This document shows positions 61,358-64,000 of a stretch of 64,000 bases of DNA, piece by piece. The number at the start of each line of letters is the position of its first letter. Position 1 is the first letter of the stretch. The notes under the pieces were generated by a model. That model was not told where the DNA came from. It did not search any database and saw only the letters and a list, made by a program, of their open reading frames with translations. The stretch spans positions 186,001 to 250,000 of the forward strand of contig MNCI01002119.1 of NCBI GenBank assembly GCA_015680685.1, written 5' to 3'. A program made the position numbers and the translations under genes. Source of the DNA: Gnetum montanum. Taxonomy: Eukaryota; Plantae; Gnetophyta.

Positions 61358-63345
61358 TGGTGTCCATAGTTAAAGAGTGTCTAACAAGTATGTTAGTTTG
61401 TTAGGATGAGTCAACGTAGAAATTGGATGAATCGAATGTCAAGTGTGCTGGTGGAGTATGTTAATTAGAAACATGAGTTCTTGAATGCAAATTTTCATTT
61501 GGGATCCTTAAGCCTATGGTCCAATGTTAACCCTCAAGGCTAGAGCTAGAAAGCCCAACCACCAAGGATCATAGTGCAAGTATTCAGGTTATCATTTTGT
61601 GATCATATCACCTTGAAAGTTATCTTTTCGTGGATTCAAAGACTTACGTTGGCCCTTCCCTTAGATTAACTTGTTTAGCTTGAACATTTTCTCATCCTCA
61701 ATAGTATGTTTTCTAAGGATATGAGTAGTCAAATAGATGGTAGAGGATTAGGCCTTGTAAATACATTTTTTTCACTATGTGAAACTTTGTTTTTGGGTTT
61801 CATAGATGACTTTGGAAGTGTGTGGTTTTTGAAAAATCAATGCAGCTATCTAGAAGCCTATATCCTAGGAGGTGTTTCTATTTATCTTGCAAGGTGATTA
61901 TTTTAAATGTGTTCTAGTTTTCATGAATGTCCATTTTAGCTTAGGATGCCATGGTTCACATTCATGAATCTTGAGCTAATTCGAGAGATAGATGCCCCCT
62001 CCATGGTTGATAGATATGATTGATAGAGAAAGGCACATGGAGATGTGGACATGTTCTATGGTGTCTGTAGTTAAAAATTGTCCATTGAGTGTCCCTATTT
62101 CTTAGGAAGAGTTAACACAAAAATGGATGAATAGAATGTCAAGGGTGCTTGCAGAGTACATTAAATTAGAAACATGAGTAACTCAATTGAAATGTTCATC
62201 TTGGATCCTCAGGCCTTGGTCTAGCTTTAACCCTTGATGGTTGAGCTAGAAATCCTAGCCATCAAAGATTATGGCATAGATATTTGGGTTGGTGTTTTGC
62301 AATCATATCACCTTGAAAGTTATCTTTCATGGATTCAAAGGCTTATGTTAGCCCTTCCCTTAGAGTAACTTGTTGAGTTTGAACATTTGCTCATCCTTGG
62401 CATTTAGTTTTCCAAGGGTTAGCAGTAGTCAGATAGATGGTAGAGGATCATGGTTTGTAAATCCATTGTTTTGGCTACATGACACTCTATTTTTGGGTTT
62501 CATGAAGGAATTTGGAAATGTGTGGATTTTGAATGATGAATGTTGGTATTTGGAATCCTAGATCCTAGGAGGCATTTCTATTTATCTTATAGTGTGATTG
62601 TTCTAAATGTGTTAAAGTTTTCATGAATGTCCATTTTAGCCAAGGGTGCAATGGTCCTCATGGTTCATGTTCATGACTCTTATGCCAATTTTAGAGATAG
62701 ATCCCCCTCTGTGGTTGATAGATATGATTGATACAGAAAGGCTCATGGAGGTGTGGATGTGTTCTATGGTGTCTATAGTTAAAAAGTCTCCATTGAGTGT
62801 CCCAATTTCTTAGGATGAGTCAACATAGAAATTACATGAATAGAATGTCAAGGGTGCTGGCATAGTACATTAAATAAAAAATATGAGTGCCTCAATGCAA
62901 ATGTTCATCTTGGATCCTCAAGTTGTGGTCCAACATTAATCTTTAAGGCCAGAGCTAGAAAGCCTAGCCATTGAGGATTGTGGTGTAGGTATTCAGGTTG
63001 GAATTTCATGATCATATCACCTTGAAAGTTATCTTTTGTGGATTCAAATACTTACATTGGCCCTTCCATTGCAGTAACTTGTTGAGTTTGAACATTTGCT
63101 CATCCTCTGCAATAAGTTTTCCAAGGATTAGGAGTATTCGGATAGATGGTAGAGGCTCATGCCTCATAAATCCAACATTTTGGCTATGCAACACTCTATT
63201 TTTGGGTTTCACAGAGGACTTTGGGGATGTGTGGTTTCTAAACAGTGAATGTAGGTATCTAGAAGCCTAGATCCTAGAAGGTGTATCTGTTTATCGTCAA
63301 TGCAAATGTTCATCCTCAATGCAAATGTTCATCTTGGATCCTCAA
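61358..63345 (+). repeat. ~707-bp tandem repeat array, continued
   Basis: Anchors at 61502, 62203, 62912. Confidence 0.92.
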
Positions 63346-64000
63346 GGTGAGGGTGAGGGATAGAAACATACTTATCCTAAAGGAAAATGTCATTTCAAAG
63401 ATGTGGCTATAGTCAATCTTCAATTCACATTCATAATGTGATGATGTAGTTGCATGTTGCTCGAGATGACTCATGGTCTCACTTGTTGACTTAAGAGGGA
63501 GATTAGAACCATGTCTTAAGCATTGGTTCCATATGGTTGCATTGTTTAGACACATCCCTAATTGTGATGGTTGGATTAAGAATGGAAATATCCTCACCTT
63601 TGAGGAGAATGTGATTTTGAAGTGGTGCATACATTTAGTCTTTGCTTCGCATTCATAATGTAATGATAGTCACATGTTCTTCGTGACGACACATGGTTCC
63701 TCTTGTTGGGTTATGTCAAGATTCAAACCATGTTTTCAGCATTGGTTCTCAATGGTTGCATTGTTGTGACTCATCCCTCATCATGATGGTTGGATTAAGG
63801 ATGGAAACATCTTCATCCTCGAGGAGAATGTGATTCCAAAGTGTTGCCTACAGCTAGTCTTCATTCGGCATTTATCATGTGAAAAAAGTTGCATGTTCCT
63901 CTAGATGGCACATATTCCCTCTTGATGAGTTGAGATGAGATTCAAACCATGTTTTGAGCATTGGTTCATAGTGGTTGTGTTGCTAGGATGCATGCCTCAC
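63346..64000 (+). repeat. ~219-bp tandem repeats
   Basis: GATGG anchor at 63566 and 63785; same family as 1-176 and 38421-39010. Confidence 0.88.

Noticed and set aside
51948-63270. Recurrent ORFs containing WPFPWSNLLSLN..DGRGSCLINP
   Set aside because: Same frame recurring in each 707-bp monomer; starts and stops vary and no domain is recognised

Overview
Eukaryotic (plant, probably gymnosperm) heterochromatic DNA with no intact host gene. The background appears to be a decayed 35S/45S rDNA unit: ~707-bp tandem repeats, ~219-bp tandem repeats, an ETS-like segment, a full-length CpG/CHG-deaminated 18S pseudogene and an ITS1-like segment. Four related Ty3/Gypsy Tat/Ogre-type LTR retrotransposons sit in it (E1-E4; domain order gag-PR//RT-RH-aRH-INT, tRNA-Asn PBS, AAAGAGGGG PPT), plus one unrelated solo LTR. 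E1 spans 177-38420 (TSD GTGCA). It carries the solo LTR in RT (TSD GGTAT) and the complete E2 (19340-37960, TSD CCAAA) in its 3' LTR. E3 (~42293-50199) is 5'-truncated and has a 7.4-kb internal deletion. E4 (56885-~61357, minus strand) is young and CpG-rich but 5'-truncated. The main observation is that gag-PR and RT are separated by 4.5-6 kb holding an antisense, TATA-driven, multi-exon gene whose splice sites and phases are conserved between E1 and E2. By eye it encodes an FCP1/NIF-like HAD (pseudo)phosphatase domain, a plant-transposon (Transposase_32/PMD-like) domain and acidic tracts. Arrays of short motifs sharing a TAAACTRG core lie beside this cassette and in the 3' UTR, where they fall inside a candidate ~1-kb intron seen in all four copies. 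All domain calls are by manual translation and pattern recall; no database search was run.
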